Positions 37,457 to 43,831 of a stretch of DNA of 43,958 bases are shown here, piece after piece. The first letter of the stretch is position 1. Each line of letters starts with the position of its first letter. The DNA comes from a virus (Duplodnaviria > Caudoviricetes): positions 1-43,958 of IMG/VR virus record IMGVR_UViG_3300037070_000806; one strand, written 5' to 3'. A model generated the notes under the pieces. It did not search any database. It was not told the origin of the DNA and saw only the letters and a program-made list of their open reading frames with translations. Made by a program: the position numbers and the translations under genes.

Positions 37457-37813
37457 CTATTCATCCTTCCTTGGTCCATGTTGAATAAACTTCGGCACCT
37501 CGCTAAGAGGGTGAGTGCCTCCACCCTTACCAATGTTCTTCGGTGCCTGATCCGACTGTAGTGCTCGCTGTTGATCCTGAAGTGTCTTGCCTATTGCAGC
37601 ATTTCCTCGAGTTACATCAACAGGCATGATCCGTTGTCGATCCTCTAACAGAGATGCACGTAACCTATCAACCATCCTCAACAACTCATCTAAGTACTTA
37701 ACAAGATCGTATCTCTCCTCTCTCTGTGTGAACTCCAAGTCATCGCTTCGAGTACGGGCACCGTCAGCCATCCGTTGCAGTCCGACAATCAGGTCCATTA
37801 ATCTATCGGCCAT
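37457..37813 (-). CDS. Hypothetical protein (118 aa)
   Basis: GAGGT RBS after palindrome 37828. Confidence 0.7.
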   Translation of the reverse strand: MADRLMDLIVGLQRMADGARTRSDDLEFTQREERYDLVKYLDELLRMVDRLRASLLEDRQRIMPVDVTRGNAAIGKTLQDQQRALQSDQAPKNIGKGGGTHPLSEVPKFIQHGPRKDE

Positions 37814-37835
37814 CTTGCACCTCTAGTTGTATGAC

Positions 37836-38120
37836 TCAAACATAGTTCTTCGTGGGATACCCTGCCTCACGTAACGCAGCACTCAAAGCGATAACCTCAT
37901 CCCGATGGACAAGGGACCGCTTCAACTTCTTACCCTTCGACCGACGCGGCACACTCCCGATTAGACTCGACGCAATCGCGGCAACCGCCTCGAGCGCATC
38001 CATCTTAGCGGCTGTCTGAATAAGCAACTCCTTATTCAAACCATTGGCCCCGTTCTCGAGCTTATCAGCAATCGAGATCAGTAGTTGCGACAAACCATTA
38101 GACTTAGGTAGCTCATTCAT
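37836..38120 (-). CDS. Hypothetical protein (94 aa)
   Basis: GAGGCTGCC-ATG; stop inside palindrome 37828. Confidence 0.7.
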   Translation of the reverse strand: MNELPKSNGLSQLLISIADKLENGANGLNKELLIQTAAKMDALEAVAAIASSLIGSVPRRSKGKKLKRSLVHRDEVIALSAALREAGYPTKNYV

Positions 38121-38152
38121 GGCAGCCTCTCCTGTTCGACGACAAGGAACCA

Positions 38153-38181
38153 ATTATAGCACTTTTATATCACTATGTCAA
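38153..38181 (-). promoter_or_regulatory. Consensus sigma70 promoter
   Basis: CTTGACA-17bp-TATAAT with extended -10 TG; upstream AAAATAG. Confidence 0.85.
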
Positions 38182-38185
38182 GCAC

Positions 38186-38221
38186 TATTTTCGATGGTCT
38201 AGATGTTATTTTCGATGGTCT
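38186..38221. repeat. 15-bp direct repeat TATTTTCGATGGTCT x2
   Basis: Copies at 38186-38200 and 38207-38221. Confidence 0.8.
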
Positions 38222-38570
38222 GTCCTCCTCTAGATTCACTCCACGCAAGCCGTTTCGCAAGATCACCCAAGCTGTACTCCCCGCTAATACATATACGGTC
38301 CCTGTTGCCTGGCCCACCCAACTCAACAACGCTTCCTTCCTTAGAGATCGCGCTGTCTGTAAAATGATCCGCAAGTGCCTGTTTCTTCGCACTGTTCAGC
38401 CCTCTCTGACCAATGACCTCGAGGATAATCAGCATCATTCGACCGATGATGATCGTGGACTTAGCCTCATTGTTGTATGACTCACACAGGATATCCGCTT
38501 GCAGCTTCAACTGGTCGAACAGCTGCCTGCGCCTCGCGCGTTCTGCTCGCCTCTTCTCATTATCTCTCAT
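38199..38570 (-). CDS. Hypothetical protein
   Basis: ATGA overlap with the upstream gene; contains palindrome 38474 in frame. Confidence 0.6.
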   Translation of the reverse strand: MRDNEKRRAERARRRQLFDQLKLQADILCESYNNEAKSTIIIGRMMLIILEVIGQRGLNSAKKQALADHFTDSAISKEGSVVELGGPGNRDRICISGEYSLGDLAKRLAWSESRGGQTIENNI

Positions 38571-38902
38571 GGTCTTTCTCCCGTTCGCCACTCTTCGACC
38601 TCTTTCTCAAGCCGCTCGACATCCTGCCAACGCAGCTCAAGTATAACCGACAACGCATCGAGCTTACTAGTCAAGTGCTTGATCTCGGCGAGATGACGAG
38701 CGATTGCATCGTTGTAGATTTTCCGTTCCGCATCGCGGTCCGCCAGTAGTCGGTCAATCTCGATGAGTCGATTGACTGCAAGAAGCTCCAGCCGCTCGAT
38801 CTCATCTGCGCCCTCTAGCATGTGCTCACAAGTCAGCATGTCCTGTTGTGAGGCTAGACGACGCAACCGCTCACGAATATGTTCTATGACAAAATCAGTC
38901 AT
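38567..38902 (-). CDS. Coiled-coil hypothetical protein
   Basis: IRERLR...EGADEIERL motif; GGAG RBS. Confidence 0.65.
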   Translation of the reverse strand: MTDFVIEHIRERLRRLASQQDMLTCEHMLEGADEIERLELLAVNRLIEIDRLLADRDAERKIYNDAIARHLAEIKHLTSKLDALSVILELRWQDVERLEKEVEEWRTGERP

Positions 38903-39090
38903 GGCTTGTGCTCTCCATAAGTACGCTTGTGCATCGCTTCCCAAACATGCCGTGGCATCTGTTTGCAGATACATGCCTCTGGGACATTCGCAACACATTC
39001 ACCAGGACGGATGACACACCAACCCATGTCCTTACGCCAGCCGTTAGTAATAACATCATAGCCTTCGACTGGTTGATTGTCATTAGTCAT
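38899..39090 (-). CDS. Small Cys-containing hypothetical protein
   Basis: ATGA-coupled at both ends. Confidence 0.5.
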   Translation of the reverse strand: MTNDNQPVEGYDVITNGWRKDMGWCVIRPGECVANVPEACICKQMPRHVWEAMHKRTYGEHKP

Positions 39091-39344
39091 CGCTTGGCTC
39101 CCGTCTTGCGATCAATGGGGGACATATCCGCAGCCTTGACCTCCCTGAACTTCTTGTATGCATCATCCTTCTCGTGGAACTCCCACGTCCGTTCCTCAAT
39201 GTCACTCCTGTTGTAGATCGTTACCTCGTACAAGCCCCTGAACTCCACGAACGTGAGCACAAGGACGTTCTTATCCCTCATCCGATACGTCTCGAGTTCC
39301 ATAGTCGATCCTCCCAATAGCCGCATCAACTCGATTCCAAACAT
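39087..39344 (-). CDS. Hypothetical protein
   Basis: Coupled ORF; alternative start at MELET with a GGAGG RBS. Confidence 0.6.
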   Translation of the reverse strand: MFGIELMRLLGGSTMELETYRMRDKNVLVLTFVEFRGLYEVTIYNRSDIEERTWEFHEKDDAYKKFREVKAADMSPIDRKTGAKR

Positions 39345-39661
39345 CAGTCGATCCTCGCAACCTCAAAGCTACCGTCCTTCTGCACGATAGCCACTATAGC
39401 ATGTCGATAGAACAAGACACGCTCGTCTCTCAGCCATGCCTGTGCTAAAGGCTTAAGTGGAGGATCACCTGGATAGTTCAACACAAACCCATGACCCATC
39501 TTAAAGTTCATCGTACCGTGTCGCCATCCACCTCCATGTGCATAGTTCTTGTCGATCTGTTTCCACGCAGGATCAGGGTCTTCGTTGCGTATCCACAATG
39601 GGATCAGACCCAAATGCTCAGGCGTCATCTCCGGATTTAGCAGTTCCCAAAAAACAACCAT
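39344..39661 (-). CDS. Hypothetical phage protein (105 aa)
   Basis: YAHGGGW...YPGDPP...DGSFEVARID; AAGGT RBS after palindrome 39672. Confidence 0.75.
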   Translation of the reverse strand: MVVFWELLNPEMTPEHLGLIPLWIRNEDPDPAWKQIDKNYAHGGGWRHGTMNFKMGHGFVLNYPGDPPLKPLAQAWLRDERVLFYRHAIVAIVQKDGSFEVARID

Positions 39662-39735
39662 GATTGCACCTTGTATGAGTCATACATCATCTGAGCGGGA
39701 CTTGGCATCCACTGAGAAGCACAAGCCAGACAAGA

Positions 39736-39764
39736 GTGGTCGCGAGGACAAGCCCCGCGACCAC
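39736..39764 (-). terminator. Putative intrinsic terminator
   Basis: GTGGTCGCG/CGCGACCAC stem followed by TCTTGTCT on the - strand. Confidence 0.55.
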
Positions 39765-39777
39765 CCATGTCTCTGGA

Positions 39778-39996
39778 TTAGAGCGCCGTCGCACCACTCG
39801 GCCCACCGTTGCCACCTTCCTTCGGTGCCTTCAGCTCACTCTTATGGGCCTTGATGAACGCCTTGATCTTATCCGCATTCGCAAAGATCACAGCCCACTC
39901 GTCAGCGTAGTACGTGATCGGGAACCTCTGGCGCACACCGTACACCGACACTGCACCCTTCTCGGACACCTTTGCACTAAGCGTTGCCATGTTCAT
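39778..39996 (-). CDS. Small hypothetical protein of the KVSEKGAVSVYG type
   Basis: KVSEKGAVSVYG..RFP.T.Y..W motif; AGGAG RBS. Confidence 0.75.
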   Translation of the reverse strand: MNMATLSAKVSEKGAVSVYGVRQRFPITYYADEWAVIFANADKIKAFIKAHKSELKAPKEGGNGGPSGATAL

Positions 39997-40002
39997 CTCC
40001 TG

Positions 40003-40173
40003 TTAATGGCGTTGCTTGTTCAGTTGCTCTCGTATCCGCGTGACCAACTCCTCTCTCGTCCCGCGTCCAGATTGTCCCAACCTCTGACAGATAGACCCAA
40101 GGCTTATCATGGGCACCTGATCGAAGTTATCCTGCTCATGGGCGATAAGCCAATCTTGAAACCTCTCGTCCAT
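40003..40173 (-). CDS. Small SAP/HEH-motif-like protein (56 aa, not in the ORF track)
   Basis: MDERFQDWL...SLGSICQRLGQSGRGTREELVTRIREQ; GAGGAGG upstream; abuts the upstream stop. Confidence 0.55.
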   Translation of the reverse strand: MDERFQDWLIAHEQDNFDQVPMISLGSICQRLGQSGRGTREELVTRIREQLNKQRH

Positions 40174-40497
40174 CTACTTACGATCCTCCTCAATCGACTG
40201 GCGCATAGACGCAGACCCGTAGATGTTCTCGTCGTCACGATCCCAGAACTCAGGATCGCTATCCCATTGACCCATCGAACGCAGTCGGTCTTCCTCGACC
40301 AACCTCTCTGTCGCAGCCTCGGCGCTTTCCTTCACCACCGTGAACACAAACGACGATGCCTTGTCTGCGAACTCCATGTATGTCTTGACGATACCCAGCA
40401 GATCGTCCAGCTCAAACCTCGTCTGGTAGCCATAGTCCTCCTCTTTGCCATCAGGATAGTTGGATGTGATATGCAACGTGAACACTGTATGAGTCAT
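40174..40497 (-). CDS. Acidic hypothetical protein (107 aa)
   Basis: Start codon and first residues (MTHT) are encoded by palindrome 40486; GGAGG RBS. Confidence 0.7.
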   Translation of the reverse strand: MTHTVFTLHITSNYPDGKEEDYGYQTRFELDDLLGIVKTYMEFADKASSFVFTVVKESAEAATERLVEEDRLRSMGQWDSDPEFWDRDDENIYGSASMRQSIEEDRK

Positions 40498-40500
40498 ACA

Positions 40501-40716
40501 TCAACCCTCCACCTTGAGCCACTTGCCGTCGGCCTGCTTCTGATACCTCTGACCGAGGCCCGTGCCTAGTTTCCTACCTGCTCCCTTCTTCCTCCAACTC
40601 TGAGGCGTCATGATGGCCCACGGTCCCTCATACGTGGCGCCATCAATGAACTCACCTTCAATCACTCTGCCGAAGTCGTCGAACCTCCCGACATCACCGA
40701 GCCAATACCTAGCCAT
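40501..40716 (-). CDS. Hypothetical phage protein (71 aa)
   Basis: FIDGAT..GPWAIM...LGTGLGQRY motif; TGATG coupling. Confidence 0.7.
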   Translation of the reverse strand: MARYWLGDVGRFDDFGRVIEGEFIDGATYEGPWAIMTPQSWRKKGAGRKLGTGLGQRYQKQADGKWLKVEG

Positions 40717-40988
40717 CAGATTTCTCCCAAGTATGGCTGACTCAGCATCTCTGGATAGTACGGTGTCTCGTACAGCTTCGTCCACCGCGGACCTCGCCAC
40801 AACGCACCCGCACCATGCTTGGCCTTGCATACAGACTTCCACATCTTGAACGCAGACTTGAAGTCGTGGAACACCCGCTTCTTCTGATCCGGTATCGAGT
40901 GAACCACAAACACATCAGGCACAGACTTCTTCTTAGTTTCAGGAACAGCTAACTCTGTAGGCAACCTTCTCATTCCGGTCTTATTCAT
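40716..40988 (-). CDS. Hypothetical protein (90 aa)
   Basis: AAGGAGAAGG RBS after palindrome 41006. Confidence 0.65.
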   Translation of the reverse strand: MNKTGMRRLPTELAVPETKKKSVPDVFVVHSIPDQKKRVFHDFKSAFKMWKSVCKAKHGAGALWRGPRWTKLYETPYYPEMLSQPYLGEI

Positions 40989-41060
40989 GGCACCTTCTCC
41001 TTTGTTGTGTGACTCAAACAACTTCCGTCTTCCGTCTCACTCAACTCACACAATACCATA

Positions 41061-41089
41061 ATTATAGCACTTTGATATCACTGTGTCAA
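41061..41089 (-). promoter_or_regulatory. Consensus sigma70 promoter
   Basis: CTTGACA-17bp-TATAAT with extended -10 TG; nearly identical to the promoter at 38153-38181. Confidence 0.85.
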
Positions 41090-41109
41090 GTACTATTTTT
41101 GGCCACCTA

Positions 41110-41147
41110 CGTTGTGTAACCTGAAGTCCGTTGTGTAACCAGAAGTC
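41110..41147. repeat. Tandem 19-bp repeat CGTTGTGTAACCWGAAGTC x2
   Basis: 41110-41128 and 41129-41147, one mismatch. Confidence 0.8.
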
Positions 41148-41159
41148 CGGGAGGGGGGG

Positions 41160-41181
41160 GGAGGGGCGCGGACGCCCCTCC
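41160..41181 (-). terminator. GC-rich hairpin after 41184..41387
   Basis: GGAGGGGCG/CGCCCCTCC stem; followed by a C-run rather than a U-run. Confidence 0.4.
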
Positions 41182-41183
41182 GG

Positions 41184-41387
41184 TCAGGCATCCCGCGATG
41201 GGATCACCACGACGATGCAGTTGGGAAGCTGTTGACGCCACACTTTTGCCAGCGCAACGTTGTATTTCGCCTCACGCACCACGCGGCCGCTCATTTGCAC
41301 CTGCCGCATGATGGCTGTTCGTTCGAGGCGCGACTGGAAGCGCAGCGCAGATTGCGCCCACTTCCAGTCCTTGTCAGTGATCTTCAC
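41184..41387 (-). CDS. Basic hypothetical protein (67 aa)
   Basis: GTGA overlap with the upstream small ORF. Confidence 0.5.
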   Translation of the reverse strand: MKITDKDWKWAQSALRFQSRLERTAIMRQVQMSGRVVREAKYNVALAKVWRQQLPNCIVVVIPSRDA

Positions 41388-41512
41388 CCGAGCACCACAA
41401 ACGCGATGTGGTCATCCGCACGCAGCAACTTGTACGCAAGCATCGCAGCTTGCATGGTGACGAAAGGCTTGCGCGCCCACCCGTCTCCTATCAGTACCCA
41501 TAGCGTTATCAT
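41384..41512 (-). CDS. Small hypothetical protein (42 aa, not in the ORF track)
   Basis: GAGGTG RBS after palindrome 41530; MITLWVLIGDGWARKPF... Confidence 0.5.
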   Translation of the reverse strand: MITLWVLIGDGWARKPFVTMQAAMLAYKLLRADDHIAFVVLG

Positions 41513-41545
41513 ATTGGCACCTCTTTTGTTGTATGACTCAAACAA

Positions 41546-41579
41546 CAATGGGGCGGAGCATTGTCGCTCCGCCCCGTTG
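41546..41579 (-). terminator. Intrinsic terminator after the 316-aa gene
   Basis: GGGGCGGAGC/GCTCCGCCCC stem then TTGTTGTTT on the - strand, running into palindrome 41530. Confidence 0.7.
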
Positions 41580-41583
41580 CTCC

Positions 41584-42534
41584 TTACTCGCCGAGAGCCT
41601 CACTGATCGCGCTCTGCAAACTCTCGAGCGCGTTAATGAGTTCCTCCGACTTCTCCTCAGGCAACTTTCCAATTGCCTGTACCATGTGGCCACAGCGCGC
41701 GATCAAATCCTTGATCGGATCAACTGCCGTCGTCTGAACGCGGCTGTCCTTACGTTGGACAATCGCGACGCCGTGTTTCTCGCCCACCTTCCGCATGATC
41801 TCAGTGAAGCTGGGGCGAGCCTTCAGCTTCTTCTTGTCGACGACGACGCCTTTCTTGTCGCGGATGTCAACGTTCTCATCCTCGTTCAAGAGCACGCTCG
41901 CCATGCCGAAATGCGACTTCACTGCGGAGCCGGATTTGCCGTCTGTCAAACGGAGCAACCCGGTTTCCTCGTCGCGTTCCACCTTCAGGCCGTTCTCCAC
42001 TGCGTGCAGCGCAACTCGCGCTGACTTAGTGACCATCGTCGAGAAGTTGGAACGCACACTCGCCTTCAACTTGGCGGTACGCTCGTCGTCGGAAGTGTCC
42101 ACCATCATAAGCGCGCGAGCCTCCGGCTTCCACTTCCCGTCAGGCCCAGCAAGGCCGATAATCATTCTCAGCTGTACGCCGAGTTTGTTTTTCTGCACCT
42201 TGTGGGTCTTGGCGTCTAACAGACTGTCCGCGAGATTGATTGACTTGTCCGCGACCGCAGCCTTGTGGAAAGCCATTGCCAGCGCAACTTGCGCCCGTCC
42301 ACGCCGCTTGTCGTTGCTTTCGCGGAGTTCGTCCATCTGCATTACGTTCGTGACGGTAGCCGCCACGTCGCGGAGTGCTTCCATCCCAACGTCGAGAGAA
42401 AGCGCAGTAGACTTCAGCGTGGGAACCAATGCGGTTCCCTCGTCGTCGTCGAGTGCCGTCATGGCCGTTGTGCCTTTTGCCTTAACCGCAATCGGCGTGG
42501 CCTTGGCAGCACGCTTCACTGTCTGTTTAGCCAT
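41584..42534 (-). CDS. Lys/Ala-rich hypothetical early protein (316 aa)
   Basis: GGAG RBS, own promoter and terminator, flanked by palindromes. Confidence 0.8.
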   Translation of the reverse strand: MAKQTVKRAAKATPIAVKAKGTTAMTALDDDEGTALVPTLKSTALSLDVGMEALRDVAATVTNVMQMDELRESNDKRRGRAQVALAMAFHKAAVADKSINLADSLLDAKTHKVQKNKLGVQLRMIIGLAGPDGKWKPEARALMMVDTSDDERTAKLKASVRSNFSTMVTKSARVALHAVENGLKVERDEETGLLRLTDGKSGSAVKSHFGMASVLLNEDENVDIRDKKGVVVDKKKLKARPSFTEIMRKVGEKHGVAIVQRKDSRVQTTAVDPIKDLIARCGHMVQAIGKLPEEKSEELINALESLQSAISEALGE

Positions 42535-42607
42535 TGCTCCGTTTCCTTCTTGTTGTATGACTCAAACAAGTCATACGGGGTGAATGTTGCATTTCCGCAA
42601 CACCTCG

Positions 42608-42637
42608 ATCATAGGCACATTGTCGCACCCATGTCAA
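42608..42637 (-). promoter_or_regulatory. sigma70-type promoter
   Basis: CTTGACA-18bp-TATGAT; upstream AAAATAG as in the other leftward promoters. Confidence 0.6.
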
Positions 42638-42943
42638 GCCCTATTTTGCACTGCCGCGGAGCAATTCCGCAGTGCAAAAACTCGGATTTACGGGAACGTT
42701 CCAGACTATTCGTCGCCTGTTGCTTGTCGTAGGACGGTGCTTCCTAGGGCGCAGCCTACAATTGCCGCAACTTGCAAACATGCGGAACCAATGTCCGTTG
42801 CCTTTTTTGCCTAGGATCAAATCAGAGCAAAAGGAACGACAAGGTATCCCGTAGCATGTTCCAGAACGTCCCGGTAAATCCGAGCGCATTTTCTTTTCGC
42901 AAAGTAACAAACGCGGGCATTTGCGCCCGCAATCTAGTCTCGC

Positions 42944-43201
42944 TCAATTGGCCTTGTCAGGCACGCGAACAAAATCCTTTTTCGCGGCCGACTTCGTGAC
43001 GTATCCCTTCCGGCTCACACATTCCGCGCGGAAAGTATTCCACGCGGCCATGCCCTCGCCCTTCGGGGTATTCTTGCGAGTGTCGCTTTCCTTCCACTCC
43101 GCACCGCAGGTACGCAGAACGTCGAGGTAGGTAGCGGCGTTTTCCGCATTGGCCGAAACGACCGACACGATCAGCGCCGCAATTGCAAGAATGTTTCGCA
43201 T
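42944..43201 (-). CDS. Small secreted protein with signal peptide (85 aa)
   Basis: GAGGTG RBS; MRNILAIAALIVSVVSANA signal; C..EWK...W..F..EC motif. Confidence 0.7.
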   Translation of the reverse strand: MRNILAIAALIVSVVSANAENAATYLDVLRTCGAEWKESDTRKNTPKGEGMAAWNTFRAECVSRKGYVTKSAAKKDFVRVPDKAN

Positions 43202-43780
43202 TTTAACACCTCTTTTGAAACGGCGCGCGATATGCGACACCGTGTCCATACGGACAAAAAGCGCCGCACAAAAACCATTGTGCGGCGCAAAAAGAGACGT
43301 TTTCAGTTTTCAGTTTCACGGGGAAAATGCTAGGCGTTTCAGGCGCCTCCCCCAAGTCACTGTCACCGCCAATCCTACCCTTCGGTCGCGTTACCGCTTC
43401 ACGGCATCACCCGGAAAAGCGCGCGCCTATCTCTCAGACCAGTCACGAACGGACAGTTGGACCTCGATACACCTGCGAGTTCTCGTTCCTCGCTTTGCGC
43501 GCGGTGACGTGTCTTCACGCGATCGGCTCATAATACAGGCCTTGGGCGACCCCGCCTCGAAACCTCCGCTCCCGCGACCCGCGACCACCGCGACCCGCAC
43601 TAGTAACCTACCAAATCCTGCCGGGATTGCTATCATTCTTATAGCTCTTCACGCTTTCGTGATCGACCGTCGCAACCCTTTGAAATCGCTCACCTATTCG
43701 CGCCGAGGCACGGAATACGTGACCTCAAATCGCGCTCAATTGTTTGAGTCATACAACCCGAATCAAAAAACCGAACGTGA

Positions 43781-43793
43781 TAACCCTTTGATA
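43781..43793 (-). promoter_or_regulatory. IHF-consensus site
   Basis: TATCAAAGGGTTA matches WATCAANNNNTTR; a one-mismatch copy lies at 43673-43685. Confidence 0.4.
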
Positions 43794-43831
43794 TCATTGT
43801 GATAATTTCAATTCCAAAATAGGACAATTAT

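Larger units (their letters stand above)
204..43755. repeat. Genome-wide dispersed 15-bp palindrome TGTNTGASTCANACA (34 exact and 3 near copies)
   Basis: Exact copies start at 204, 896, 1127, 1330, 1781, 2374, 2747, 5259, 6856, 7830, 8715, 10302, 13570, 14567, 15694, 18269, 19916, 21452, 23290, 27999, 29882, 30758, 32610, 35168, 36289, 37019, 37828, 38474, 39672, 40486, 41006, 41530, 42554, 43741. Near copies start at 12714, 25523, 33692. Confidence 0.97.
1..43831. mobile_element. Complete podovirus-like tailed phage genome
   Basis: TerL, portal, capsid, nozzle and ejection genes plus a PolA replication arm; ends overlap; no tape measure or tail tube/sheath recognised. Confidence 0.9.

Noticed and set aside
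5258-41021. ORF-track N-termini such as MYESY, MYDSY, MSHT, MFESH
   Set aside because: These are translations of the palindrome itself; downstream ATGs fit better, except 40497 where an RBS supports the motif ATG
204-43755. Palindromes as a CRISPR array or integron attC sites
   Set aside because: Only 15 bp, separated by whole genes at irregular distances; no cas1/cas2 or integron integrase; no attC R/L box structure
204-43755. Motif as NifA UAS, FixK/FNR box or eukaryotic AP-1 site
   Set aside because: Spacing is TGT-N9-ACA, not N10; it does not match TTGAT-N4-ATCAA; the TGASTCA identity with AP-1 has no evident meaning in a bacteriophage
39736-43802. Long + strand ORFs (39736..40569, 41795..42583, 43149..43802)
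   Set aside because: Antisense shadows of RBS-supported - strand genes or of non-coding DNA; no RBS or protein-like features
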